Both the position numbers and the translations under genes were made by a program. A model generated the notes under the pieces. It searched no databases, was not told the origin of the DNA, and saw nothing but the letters and a program-made list of their open reading frames with translations. This document shows, piece after piece, positions 38,601-53,600 of a DNA stretch of 64,000 nucleotides. Numbering within the stretch: position 1 is the first letter of the stretch; each line of letters starts with the position of its first letter. Origin of the DNA: Eledone cirrhosa (lineage: Eukaryota); contig OZ024741.1 of assembly GCA_964016885.1 (NCBI GenBank), forward strand, positions 400,272,001-400,336,000, in the 5' to 3' direction.

Positions 38601-41600
38601 GTACAGTCCACAGTACAGTACAGACCACAACCCAGTACAGTCAACAACCTAGTACAGTCCACAGTACAGTCCACAGTACAGTACAGTCCAAAGTCCAGTA
38701 CAGTCCACAATGCAGTACACTCCACAACCCAGTACAGTCCACAACCCAGTACAGTCTACAGTAAAGTACAGTCCACAGTACTGTACAGTCCACAGCCCAG
38801 TACAGTCCCCAGCCCAGTACAGTCCACAGTACAGTACAGTCCACAGCCCAGTACAGTCCACAGTACAGTACAGTCCACAGTACAGTACAGTCCACAACCA
38901 AGTACAGTCTACAGTATAGCCCACAGTACAGTATAGTCCATAACCCAGTACGGTCCACAGTACAGTCCACAGTACAGTACAGTCCACAGCCCAGTACAGT
39001 CCATACTACAGTACAGTGCACAGTACAGTACAGTCCACAGCCCAGTTCAGTCCACAGCCCAGTTCAGTCCATAGTACAGTACATATCACAGTACAGTACA
39101 GTCCACAGGACAGTCCAAAATCCAGTACAGTCCACAGTACAGTACAGTCCACAGTACACTACAGTCCACAGTACAGTCCACAGCCCAGTACAGTCCACAG
39201 TACAGTACAGGCAGCAGTACAGTACAGTTCACAATACAGTACAGTCAACAGTACAGTACAGTCCAAAGTCCAGTACAGTCCACAATAATGTACAGTCCAC
39301 AACCCAGTACGGTCCACAACCCAATACAGTCTACAGTACAGTACAGTCCACAGTACTGTACAGTCCACGGCCCAGTACAGTCCACAGCCCAGTACAGTCC
39401 ACAGCCCAGGACAGTCCACAGTACAGTACAGTCCAGAATACAGTACAGTCCACAACTCAGTACAGTCCACAACCCAGTACAGTCTACAGTACAGTACAGT
39501 CCAAAGTAGTGTATAGTTCACAGTACAGTACAGTCCACAGTACAGTACAGTCCACAGCCCAGTACAATCCACAGTACTGTACAGACCACAGCCCGGTACA
39601 GTCCACAGCCCAGTACAATCCACAGTACAGTACAGTCCACAGTACAGTACAGTCCACAGTACAGTACAGTCCACAGCCCAGTAGTGTCCACACTACAGTA
39701 CAGTCCACAGTACACTACAGTCCACAGCCCAGTTCAGTCCACAGTACAGTACAGTTCACAGTACAGTACAGTCCACAGTACAGTACAGTTCGATATCCAG
39801 TACAGTCCACAGTACAGTACAGTCCACAGCCCAGTTCAGTCCACAGTACAGTACAGTTCAAAGTACAGTCCACAGTACAGTACAGTTCGATATCCAGTAC
39901 AGTCAACAGTACAGTCCACAGTACATTACAGACCACAGTACAGTCCACAGTACAGTACAGTCCACAGTACAGTACAGTCCACAGGCCAGTACTATCAACA
40001 TTACTGTACAGTCCACAGCCCAGTACAGTCCACTGTACAGTACAGTCCACAGTACTGTACAGTCCACAGCCCAGTACAGTCCACACTACAGTACAATCCA
40101 CAGTACAGTACAGTCCAGAGTACAGGCCACAGTACAGTTCACAGTACAGTCCACAGTACAGTACAGCCCACAGTACAGTACAGTCCAAAGTACAGTATAG
40201 TCCACAGTACAGTACAGTCCACAGTACAGTACAGACCACAACCAGTACAGTCCACAATCCAGTACAGTCCACAGTACAGTACAATCCAAAGTCCAGTACA
40301 GTCCACAATACAGTACACTCCACAACCCAGTACAGTCTACAACCCAGTACAGTCTACAGTAAAGTACAGTCCACAGTACTATACAGTCCACAGCCCAGTA
40401 CAGTCCACAGCCCAGTACAGTCCACAGTACAGTACAGTCCACAGCCCAGTACAGTCCACACTACAGTACAGTGCACAGTACAGTACAGTCCACAGCCCAG
40501 TACAGTCCACAGTACAGTACAGTCCACAGTACTGTACAGTCCACAGCACAGTACAGTCCGCAGTACGGTACAAAGTCCAGTACAGTCCACAATACAGTAC
40601 AGTCCACAATCCAATACAGTCCACAACCCAGTAAGTCTACAGTACAGAATACAGTACAGTCCACAATACAGTACAGTCCACAACCCAGTACAGTCCACAA
40701 CCCTGTACAGTCCAGAGTACAGTACAGACCACAGTACTGTACAGTCCACAGTACAGTCCACAGTACAGTACAGACCACAACCCAGTTCAGTCCACAACCT
40801 AGTACAGTCCACAGTACAGTACAGTCCAAAGTCCAGTACAGTCCACAATGCAGTACACACCTCAACCCAGTACACTCCACAACACAGTACAGTCTACAGT
40901 ACAGCCCACAGTACAGTACAGTCCATAACCCAGTACGGTCCGCAGTACAGTCCACAGTACAGTACAGTCCACAGCCAAGTACAGTCCATACTACAGTACA
41001 GTCCACAGTACAGTACAGTCCACAGCCCAGTTCAGTCCACAGCCCAGTTCAGTCCATATTACAGTACAGACCACAGTACAGTATAGTCCACAGTACAGTA
41101 CAGTCCACAGTACACTACAGTCCACAGTACAGTCCACAGCCCAGTACAGTCCACAGTACAGTACAGGCAGCAGTACAGTACAGTTCACAATACAGTACAG
41201 TCAACAGTACAGTACAGTCCAAAGTCCAGTACAGTCCACAATAATGTACAGTCCACAACCCAGTACGTTCCACAACCCAATACAGTCTACAGTACAGTAC
41301 AGTCCACAGTACTGTACAGTCCACGGCCCAGTACAGTCCACAGCCCAGTACAGTCCACAGCCCAGGACAGTCCACAGTACAGTACAGTCCAGAATACAGT
41401 ACAGTCCACAACTCAGTACAGTCCACAACCCAGTACAGTCTACAGTACAGTACAGTCCAAAGTAGTGTATAGTTCACAGTACAGTACAGTCCACAGTACA
41501 GTACAGTCCACAGCCCAGTACAATCCACAGTACTGTACAGACCACAGCCCGGTACAGTCCACAGCCCAGTACAATCCACAGTACAGTACAGTCCACAGTA

Positions 41601-44600
41601 CAGTACAGTCCACAGTACAGTACAGTCCACAGCCCAGTAGTGTCCACACTACAGTACAGTCCACAGTACACTACAGTCCACAGCCCAGTTCAGTCCACAG
41701 TACAGTACAGTTCACAGTACAGTACAGTCCACAGTACAGTACAGTTCGATATCCAGTACAGTCCACAGTACAGTACAGTCCACAGCCCAGTTCAATCCAC
41801 AGTACAGTACAGTTCAAAGTACAGTCCACAGTACAGTACAGTTCGATATCCAGTACAGTCAACAGTACAGTCCACAGTACATTACAGACCACAGTACAGT
41901 CCACAGTACAGTACAGTCCACAGTACAGTACAGTCCACAGGCCAGTACTATCAACATTACTGTACAGTCCACAGCCCAGTACAGTCCACTGTACAGTACA
42001 GTCCACAGTACTGTACAGTCCACAGCCCAGTACAGTCCACACTACAGTACAATCCACAGTACAGTACAGTCCAGAGTACAGGCCACAGTACAGTTCACAG
42101 TACAGTCCACAGTACAGTACAGCCCACAGTACAGTACAGTCCAAAGTACAGTATAGTCCACAGTACAGTACAGTCCACAGTACAGTACAGACCACAACCA
42201 GTACAGTCCACAATCCAGTACAGTCCACAGTACAGTACAATCCAAAGTCCAGTACAGTCCACAATACAGTACACTCCACAACCCAGTACAGTCTACAACC
42301 CAGTACAGTCTACAGTAAAGTACAGTCCACAGTACTATACAGTCCACAGCCCAGTACAGACCACAGCCCAGTACAGTCCACAGTACAGTACAGTCCACAG
42401 CCCAGTACAGTCCACACTACAGTACAGTGCACAGTACAGTACAGTCCACAGCCCAGTACAGTCCACAGTACAGTACAGTCCACAGTACTGTACAGTCCAC
42501 AGCACAGTACAGTCCGCAGTACGGTACAAAGTCCAGTACAGTCCACAATACAGTACAGTCCACAATCCAATACAGTCCACAACCCAGTAAGTCTACAGTA
42601 CAGAATACAGTACAGTCCACAATACAGTACAGTCCACAACCCAGTACAGTCCACAACCCTGTACAGTCCAGAGTACAGTACAGACCACAGTACTGTACAG
42701 TCCACAGTACAGTCCACAGTACAGTACAGACCACAACCCAGTTCAGTCCACAACCTAGTACAGTCCACAGTACAGTACAGTCCAAAGTCCAGTACAGTCC
42801 ACAATGCAGTACACACCTCAACCCAGTACACTCCACAACCCAGTACAGTCTACAGTACAGCCCACAGTACAGTACAGTCCACAGTACAGTCCACAACCCA
42901 GTACATTCCACAGTGCAGTACAGGCAACAGTACAGTACAGTTCACAATACAGAACAGTCAACAGTACAGTACAGTCCAAAGTCCAGTACAGTCCACAATA
43001 CTGTACAGTTCATAACCCAGTACGGTCCACAACCCAATACAGTCTACAGTACAGTACAGTCCATAGTACTGTACAGTCCACAGCCCAGTACAGTCCACAG
43101 CCCAGTACAGTCCACAGCCCAGTACAGTCCACAGTACTGTACAGTCCAGAAAACAGTACAGTCCACAATTCAGTACAGTCTACAGTACAGTACAGTCCAC
43201 AGTAGTGTATAGTTCACAGTACAGTACAGTTCACAATACAGTACAGTCCACAGTACAGTACAGTTCGATATCCAGTACAGTCCACAGTACAGTCCACAGT
43301 ACATTACAGACCACAGTACAGTCCACAGTACAATAAGTCCACAGTACAGTACAGTCCACAGCCCAGTACTATCCACAGTACTGTACAGTCCACAGCCCAG
43401 TACAGTCCACAGTACAGTACAGTCCACAGTACTGTACAATCCACAGCCCAGTACAGTCCACACTACAGTACAATCCACAGTACAGTACAGTCCACAGTAC
43501 AGGCCACAGTACAGTTCACAGTACAGTCCACAGTACAGTACAGCCCACAGTACAGTACAGTCCACAGTACAGTATAGTCCACAGTACAGTACAATCCACA
43601 GTACAGTACAGACCACAACCAGTACAGTCCACAACCCAGTACAGTCCACAGTACAGTACAGTCCAAAGTCCAGTACAGTCCACAATACACTACACTCCAC
43701 AACCCAGTACAGTCCACAACCCAGTACAGTCTACAGTAAAGTACAGTCCACAGTACTATACAGTCCACATCCCAGTACAGTCCACAGTACAGTACAGTCC
43801 ACAGCCCAGTACAGTCCACACTACAGTACAGTCCACAGTACAGTACAGTCCACAGCCCAGTTCAGTCCATAGTACAGTACAGATCACAGTACAGTACAGT
43901 CCACAGTAAAGTACAGTCCAAACTCCAGTACAGTCCACAGTACAGTCCACAGTACAGTACAGTCCACAGTACAGTACAGTTCACAATACAGTACAGTCAA
44001 CAGTACAGTACAGTCCAAAGTCTAGTACAGTCCACAATACTGTACAGTCCACAACCCAGTGCGTTCCACAACCCAGTACAGTCTACAGTACAGTACAGTC
44101 CACAGCCCAGTACAGTCCACAGCCGAGTACAGTCCACAGTATAGTACAGTCCAAATCCAGTACAGTCCACAGTACAGTACACAGTACAGTACAGTCCACA
44201 GTACAGTCAACAGCCCAGTACAGTCTACTGTACAGTCCACAGCCCAGTAGTGTCCACACTACAGTACAGTCCACAGTACAGTACAGTCCACAGTACAGTA
44301 CAGTCCACAGCCTAGTTCAGTCCACAGTACAGTACAGTTCACAGTACAGTACAGTCCACAGTACAGTACAGTTCGAAGTCCAGTACAGTCCACAGTACAG
44401 TCCACAGTACAGTAAGTCCACAGTACAGTACAGTCCAAAGTCCAGTACATTCCACAATACTGTACAGTCGACAACCCAGTACAGTCCACAACCCAGTACA
44501 GTCTACAGTACAGTACAGTCCACAGTACTGTACAGTCCACAGCCCATTACAGTCCACAGTACAGTACAATCCAAGTCCAATACAGTCCACAGTACAGCCC

Positions 44601-47600
44601 ACAGTATAGTACAGTCCAGAATACAATACAGTCCAGAATACAGTACAGTCCACAACCCAGTACAGTCAACAACCCTGTCCAGTCCTCAGTACAGTACAGA
44701 CCACACTACTGTACAGTCCACACTACAGTACAGTCCACAGTACAGTACAGTTCACAGCCCAGTACTATCCACAGTACTGTATAGTCCTAAGCCCAGTACA
44801 GTCCACAGTACAGTACAGTCCACAGCCCAGTACAGTCAACACTACAGTACAATCCACAGTACAGTACAGTGCACAGTACAGGCAACAGTACAGTTCACAG
44901 TACAGTCCAGAGTACAGTACAGTCCACAGTACAGTACAGTCCAAAGTCCAGTACAGTCCACAGCCCAGTAAGTCCACAGTACTGTGCATTCCACAGCACT
45001 ACAGTCCGCAGCCCATTACAGTCCACAGTACAGTACAGTACAGTCCAAAGTCCAGTACAGTCTACAGTACACAGTACAGTACTGTCCACAGTACAGTACA
45101 GTCCACAATCCAGTACAGTCAACAGCCCAGTACAGTCTACAGTACAGTCCACAGTACATTACATTCCACAGTAAATTTCAGTCCAGAATACAGTACAGTC
45201 CACAATACAGTACAGTACACAACCCAGTACGGTCCACAACCCAGTTCAGTCCATAGTACAGTACATATCACAGTACAGTACAGTCCACAGGACAGTCCAA
45301 AGTCCAGTACAGTCCACAGCCCAGTACATTCGACAGCCCAGTACAGTCCACAGTACAGTACAGTCTACAGTACAGTACAGTCCACAGTACAGTCCACAGT
45401 ACAGTACAGTTCACAGTACAGTACCGTCCACAGCCCAGTACAGTCTACAGTACAGTCCACAGTACAGTACAGTCCACAGTACAGTACAGTCCATAGTACA
45501 GTACAGTCCACAGCCCAGTACAATCCACAGCACAGTACAGTTCACGATGCAGTACAGTCCACAGTACCGTACACTCCAAATCCAGTACAGTCCACAATAC
45601 TGTACATTCCACAACCCAGTACGGTCCACAACCCAGTACAGACTACAGTACAGTACAGTCCACAGTACTGTACAGTCCCCAGTACAGTCTACAGCCCAGT
45701 AAATCCACAGTACAGTACAGTTCAAATCCAGTACAGTCCACAGTACACTACAGTACATAGTACAGTACAGTCCACAGTACAATCAACAGCCCAGTACAGT
45801 CCACAGTATAGTACAGTCCACAGCCCAGTACAGTCCAGAGGTCAGTACAGTCCACAGTAGAGTATAGGCCACAGTACAGTACAGTCCACAGTACAGTACA
45901 GTCCACAGTCCAGTACAGTCCACACTACAGTACAGTCCACAGTACAGTACAGTCCACAGCCCAGTACAGTCCACAGTACAGTCCACAGCCCAGTACAGTC
46001 CACAGTACAATACAGTCCACAGTACAGTCCACAGTACAGTACAATCCACAGCCCAGTACAGTCCACAGTACAGTCCCATACCAGTACAGTCCCATACCAG
46101 TACAGCCCACAGTACAGTACAGGCCATAGTACAGTACAGTCCACAGTACAGTACAGTCCAAAGTTCAGTACAGACCACAATACAGTACATTCCACAACCC
46201 AGTACAGTCTACAGTACAGTACAGTCCACATTACTCTACAGTACACAGCCCAGCACAGTCCACAGTACAGTCCACAATTCAGTACAGTCCACAGTCCAGT
46301 ACAGTCCACGATACAGTACAGTCCACAGTACAATCCGCAGTACAGTACAGTCCACAGTACAGTAAATCGACAGTACAGTAACATCCACAGCCCAGTACAG
46401 TCCACAGTACAGTACAGTCAACAGCCCAGTACAGTCTACAGTACAGTACAGTCCACAGCCCAATACAGTCCAGAATACAGTCCACAATACAATACAGTCC
46501 ACAATAGAGTACAGTCCACAGCGCAGTAAAGGCCACAGTACAGTCCCCAGTAGAGTACAATCTACAGTACAGTACAATCCACAGCCCAGTACAATCCACA
46601 GTACCCTACAGTCCACAGCCCAGTACAGTCCAAAGTCCAGTACAATTCACAGTACAGTACAGTCCACAGTACAATACAGCCACAGTACAATACAGTCCAC
46701 AGTACAGTCCACAGCCCAGTACAGTCCACAGTCCAGTACAGTCAACATTACAGTACAGTCTACAGTACAGGACAGTCCACAGTACAGTACAGCCCACAGT
46801 ATAGTACGGTCCAGAATACAGTACAGTCCACAATACAGTACAGTCCACAACCCAGTACAGTCCACAACCCAGTACAGTCCACAGTACAGTACAGACCACA
46901 GTACTCTACAGTCCACAGTACAATACAGTCCACAGTACAGTACATTCCACCGCCCAGTACAGTCCACACTACAGTACAATCCACAATACAGTACAGGCCA
47001 CAGTACAGTTCACAGTACAGTCCACAGTACAGTACAGTACACAGCTCAGTACAGTCCAAAGTCCAGTACAGTCCGCAGTACACTCCAGAGTACAGTAAGT
47101 CTACACTACAGTACATTCCACAGTACAGTACAATCCATAGCCCCATACAGTCCTCAGTACAGTCCACAGCCCAGCACAGTCCACAGAACAGTACAGTCCA
47201 CAGTACAGTACAGTCCACAGTAAAGTACAGTCCAAAGTACAGTACAGTCCACAATACAGTAGAGTCCACAGTACAGTACAGTCCAGAGTACAGTACACTC
47301 CACAGCCCAGTACAGGCCACAGTACAGTACAGTCCTCAGTAGAGTACAATCCACAGTACAGTACAGTCCTCAGCCCAGTACAATCCACAGTACTCTACAG
47401 TCCACAGCCCAGCACAGTCCAATGTCCAATACAATCCACAGTACAGTACAGTCCAAAGCCCAGTACAGTTCACAGTACACTCCAGATTACAGTACAGTCC
47501 ACACTACAGTACAGTTCACAGTACAGGCCACAGTACAGTTCACAGTACAGTCCACAGTACAGTACAGCCCACAGTACAGTACAATCCACCGTACAGTACA

Positions 47601-50600
47601 GTCCACAGTACAGTCCACAGCCCAGTACAGTCCAAAGTCCAGTACAGTCCACAGTACACTCCAGATTACAGTACAGTCCACACTACAGTACAGTCCACAG
47701 TACAGTACAGTCCACAGCTCAGCACAGTCCACAGTACAGTCCACAGTACTGTATAGTCCACAGTACAGTACAGTCCACAGTATAGTACAGTCCACAGTAC
47801 AGTCCACAGCTCAGTACAGTCCACAGTACAGTACAGTCCACAGCCCAGTACAGTCTACAGTACAGTCCACAGTACAGTAAAGTCTACAGTACAGTCCACA
47901 GTACAGTACAGTCCACAGCCCAGTACAGTCCACAGTACAGTACAGTCAACAGCTCAGTACAATATACAGTACAGTCAACACTACAGTACAGTCCACAGTA
48001 CAGTACAGTCCACAGTACAGTAAATCGACAGTACAGTAACATCCACAGCCAAGTGAAGTCCACAGCCCAGTACAGTCCACAGTACAGTACAGTCAACAGC
48101 CCAGTACAGTCCACAGTACAGTCCACAGTACAGTACAGTCTACAGCGCAGTACAGTCCACAGTACAGTACAGTCCACAGTACAGTACAGTCCACAGCCCA
48201 GTACAGTCTACAGTACAGTCCAGAGTACAGTAAAGTCTACAGTACAGTCCACAGTACAGTACAGTCCACAGTACAGTACAGTCAACAGCTCAGTACAATA
48301 TACAGTACAGTCAACACTACAGTACAGTCCACAGTACAGTACAGTCCACAGTACAGTAAATCGACAGTACAGTAACATCCACAGCCAAGTGAAGTCCACA
48401 GCCTAGTACAGTCCACAGTACAGTACAGTCAACAGCCCAGTACAGTCTACAGTACAGTACAGTCCACAGCCCAATACAGTCCAGAATACAGTCCACAATA
48501 CAATACAGTCCCCAATAGAGTACAGTCCACAGCGCAGTACAGGCCACAGTACAGTCCCCAGTAGAGTACAATCCACAGTACGGTACAATCCACAGCCCAA
48601 TACAATCCACAGTACCCTACAGTCCACAGCCGAGTACAGTCCAAAGTCCAGTACAATTCACAGTACAGTACAGTCCACAGTACAGTACAGCCACAGTACA
48701 ATACAGTCCACAGTACAGTCCACAGCCCAGTACAGTCCACAGTCCAGTACAGTCAACATTACAGTACAGTCTATAGTACAGGACAGTCCACAGTACAGTA
48801 CAGCCCACAGTATAGTACGGTCCAGAATACAGTACAGTCCACAACCCAGTACAGTCCACAACCCAGTACAGTCCACAGTACAGTACAGACCACAGTACTG
48901 TACAGTCCACAGTACAATACAGTCCACAGTACAGTACATTCCACCGCCCAGTACAGTCCACACTACAGTACAATCCACAATACAGTACAGGCCACAGTAC
49001 AGTTCACAGTACAGTCCACAGTACAGTACAGTACAGTACACAGCTCAGTACAGTCCAAAGTCCAGTACAGTCCGCAGTACACTCCAGAGTACAGTAAGTC
49101 CACACTACAGTACATTCCACAGTACAGTACAATCCATAGCCCCATACAGTCCTCAGTACAATCCACAGCCCAGCACAGTCCACAGAACAGTACAGTCCAC
49201 AGTACAGTACAGTCCACAGTAAAGTACAGTCCAAAGTACAGTACAGTCCACAATACAGTAGAGTCCACAGTACAGTACAGCCCAGAGTACAGTACAGTCC
49301 ACAGCCCAGTACCTTCTCCAGTACACTCCACAGCCCAGTACAGGCCACAGTACAGTACAGTCCTCACTAGAGTACAATCCACAGTACAGTACAGTCCTTA
49401 GCCCAGTACAATCAACAGTACTCTACAGTCCACAGCCCAGCACAGTCCAAAGTCCAATACAATCCACAGTACAGTACAGTCCAAAGCCCAGTACAGTTCA
49501 CAGTACACTCCAGATTACAGTACAGTCCACACTACAGTACAGTTCACAGTCCACACTACAGTACAGTTCACAGTACAGGCCACAGTACAGTTCACAGTAC
49601 AGGCCACAGTACAGTTCACAGCACAGTCCACAGCCCAGTACAGTCCACAGTACAGTACAGTCCACAGTACAGTACAGTCCACAGCCCAGTACAGTCCAGA
49701 GTTCAGTACAGTCCACAGTACAGTACAGTCTATAGCCCAGTACAGTCCACAGTACAGTACAGTCCACAGTACAGTCCACAGCCCAGTACAGTCTACAGTA
49801 CAGTCCACAGTACAGTACAGTCCACAGCCCAGTACAGTCCACAGTACAGTACAGTCAACAGCTCAGTACAATCTACAGTACAGTCCACACTACAGTACAG
49901 TCCACAGTACAGTACAGTCCACAGTACAGTACAGTCAACAGCACAGTACAGTCTACAGTACAGTACAGTCCACAGCCCAATACAGTCCAGAATACAGTCC
50001 ACAATACAATACAGTCCCCAATAGAGTACAGTCCACAGCGCAGTACAGGCCACAGTACAGTCCCCAGTAGAGTACAATCCACAGTACAGTACAAGCCACA
50101 GACCAATACAATCCACAGTACCCTACAGTCCACAGCCCAGTACAGTCCAAAGTCCAGTACAATTCACAGTACAGTACAGTCCACAGTACAGTACAGCCAC
50201 AGTACAATACAGTCCACAGTACAGTCCACAGCCCAGTACAGTCCACAGTCCAGTAGTCAACATTACAGTACAGTCTACAGTACAGGACAGTTCACAGTAC
50301 AGTACAGCCCACAGTATAGTACGGTCCAGAATACAGTACAGTCCACAATACAGTACAGTCCACAACCCAGTACAGTCCACAACCCAGTACAGTCCACAGT
50401 ACAGTACAGACCACATTACTGTACAGTCCACAGTACAATACAGTCCACAGTACAGTACATTCCACCGCCCAGTACAGTCCACACTACAGTACAATCCACA
50501 ATACAGTACAGGCCACAGTACAGTTCACAGTACAGTCCACAGTACAGTACAGTCCAAAGCCCAGTACAGTGCACAGTACAGTACAGTCCACAACCCAGTA

Positions 50601-53600
50601 CAGTGCACAACCCAGTACAGTCTACAGTACAGTACAGTTCAAACTACTGTACAGTCCACAGCCCATTGCAGTCCACAGTACAGTACAGTCAAAAGTCCAG
50701 CACAGTCCACACTACAGTATAGTCGACACGCCAGTTCAGTCCACAGTATAGTCTGCAGTACAGTACAGTCCACAGCCCAGTACAGTCTACAGTACAGCCC
50801 ACAGTACAGTATAGTCCATAACCCAGTACGGTCCACAGTACAGTCCACAGTACAGTACAGTCCACAGCCCAGTACAGTCCATACTACAGTACAGTCCACA
50901 GTACAGTACAGTCCACAGCCCAGTTCAGTCCACAGCCCAGTTCAGTCCATAGTACAGTACAGAACACAGTACAGTACAGTCCACAGTACAGTCCAAAGTC
51001 CAGTACAGTCCACAGTACAGTACAGTCCACAGTACACTACAGTCCACAGTACAGTCCACAGCCCAGTATAGTCCACAGTACAGTACAGGCAACAGTACAG
51101 TACAGTTCACAATACAGTACAGTCAACAGTACAGTACAGTCCAAAGTCCAGTACAGTCCACAATAATGTACAGTCCACAACCCAGTACGGTCCACAACCC
51201 AACTTAGTCTACAGTACAGTACAGTCCACAGTACTGTACAGTCCACAGCCCAGTACAATCCGCAGCCCAGTACAGTCCACAGCCCAGATCAATCCACAGT
51301 ACAGTACAGTCCAGAATACAGTACAGTCCACAACTCAGTACAGTCCACAACCCAGTACAGTCTACAGTACAGTACAGTACACAGTAGTGTCTAGTTCACA
51401 GTACAGTACAGTCCACAGTACAGTACAGTCCACAGCCCAGTACAATCCACAGTACTGTACAGACCACAGCCCGGTACAGTCCACAGCCCAGTACAATCCA
51501 CAGTACAGTACAGTCCACAGTACAGTACAGTCCACAGTACAGTACAGTCCACAGCCCAGTAGTGTCCACACTACAGTACAGTCCACAGTACACTACAGTC
51601 CACAGCCCAGTTCAGTCCACAGTACAGTACAGTTCGATATCCAGTACAGTCCACAGTACAGTACAGTCCACAGCCCAGTTCAGTCCACAGTACAGTACAG
51701 TTCGATATCCAGTACAGTCAACAGTACAGTCCACAGTACATTACAGACCACAGTACAGTCCACAGTACAGTACAGTCCACAGTACAGTACAGTCCACAGC
51801 CCAGTACTATCAACAGTACTGTACAGTCCACAGCCCAGTACAGTCCACAGTACAGTACAGTCCACAGTACTGTACAGTCCACAGCCCAGTACAGTCCACA
51901 CTACAGTACAATCCACAGTACAGTACAGTCCAGAGTACAGGCCACAGTACAGTTCACAGTACAGTCCACAGTACAGTACAGCCCACAGTACAGTACAGTC
52001 CAAAGTACAGTATAGTCCACAGTACAGTACAGTCCACAGTACAGTACAGACCACAACCAGTACAGTCCACAATCCAGTATAGTCCACAGTACAGTACAAT
52101 CCAAAGTCCAGTACAGTCCACAATACAGTACACTCCACAACCCAGTACAGTCTACAACCCAGTACAGTCTACAGTAAAGTACAGTCCACAGTACTATACA
52201 GTCCACAGCCCAGTACAATCCACAGCCCAGTACAGTCCGCAGTACAGTACAGTCCACAGCCCAGTACAGTCCACACTACAGTACAGTGCACAGTACAGTA
52301 CAGTCCACAGCCCAGTACAGTCCACAGTAGAGTACAGTCCACAGTACTGTACAGTCCACAGCACAGTACAGTCCACAGTACGGTCCACAATACAATACAG
52401 TCCACAATACAGTACAGTCCACAATCCAGTACAGTCCACAACCCAGTAAGTCTACAGCACAGAATACAGTACAGTCCACAATACAGTACAGTCCACAACC
52501 CAGTACAGTCCACAACCCTGTACAGTCCAGAGTACAGTACAGACCACAGTACTGTACAGTCCACAGTACAGTCCACAGTACAGTACAGACCACAACCCAG
52601 TTCAGTCCACAACCTAGTACAGTCCACAGTACAGTACAGTCCAAAGTCCAGTACAGTCCACAATGCAGTACACACCACAACCCAGTAGAGTCCAAAACCC
52701 AGTACAGTCTACAGTACAGCCCACAGTACAGTACAGTCCATAACTCAGTACGGTCCACAGTTCAGTCCACAGTACAGTACAGTCCACAGCCCAGTACAGT
52801 CCATACTACAGTACAGTCCACAGTACAGTACAGTCCACAGCCCAGTTCAGTCCACAGCCCAGTTCAGTCTATAGTACAGTACAGACCACAGTACAGTACA
52901 TTCCACAGTACAGTACAGTCCACAGTACAGTCCACAGCCCAGTACAGTCCACAGTACAGTACAGGCAACAGTACAGTACAGTTCACAATACAGAACAGTC
53001 AACAGTACAGTACAGTCCACAATACTGTACAGTTCATAACCCAGTACAGTCCACAACCCAATACAGTCTACAGTACAGTACAGTCCACAGTACTGTACAG
53101 TCCACAGCCCAGTACAGTCCACAGCCCAGTACAGTCCACAGCCCAGTACAGTCCACAGTACAGTACAGTCCAGAAAACAGTACAGTCCACAACTCAGTAC
53201 AGTCTACAGTACAGTACAGTCCACAGTAGTGTATAGTTCACAGTACAGTACAGTTCACAATACAGTACAGTCCACAGTACAGTACAGTTCGATATCAAGT
53301 ACAGTCCACAGTACAGTCCAGAGTACATTACAGACCACAATACAGTCCACAGTACAATACAGTCCACAGTACAGTACAGTCCACAGCCCAGTACTATCCA
53401 CAGTACTGTACAGTCCACAGCCCAGTACAGTCCACAGTACAGTACAGTCAACAACCCAGTACAGTCCACAGTACAGTCCACAGCCCAGTACAGTCCACAC
53501 TACAGTACAGTCCACAGTACAGTACAGTCCACAGCCCAGTTCAGTCCATAGTACAGTACAGACCACAGTACAGTACAGTCCACAGTGAAGTACAGTCCAA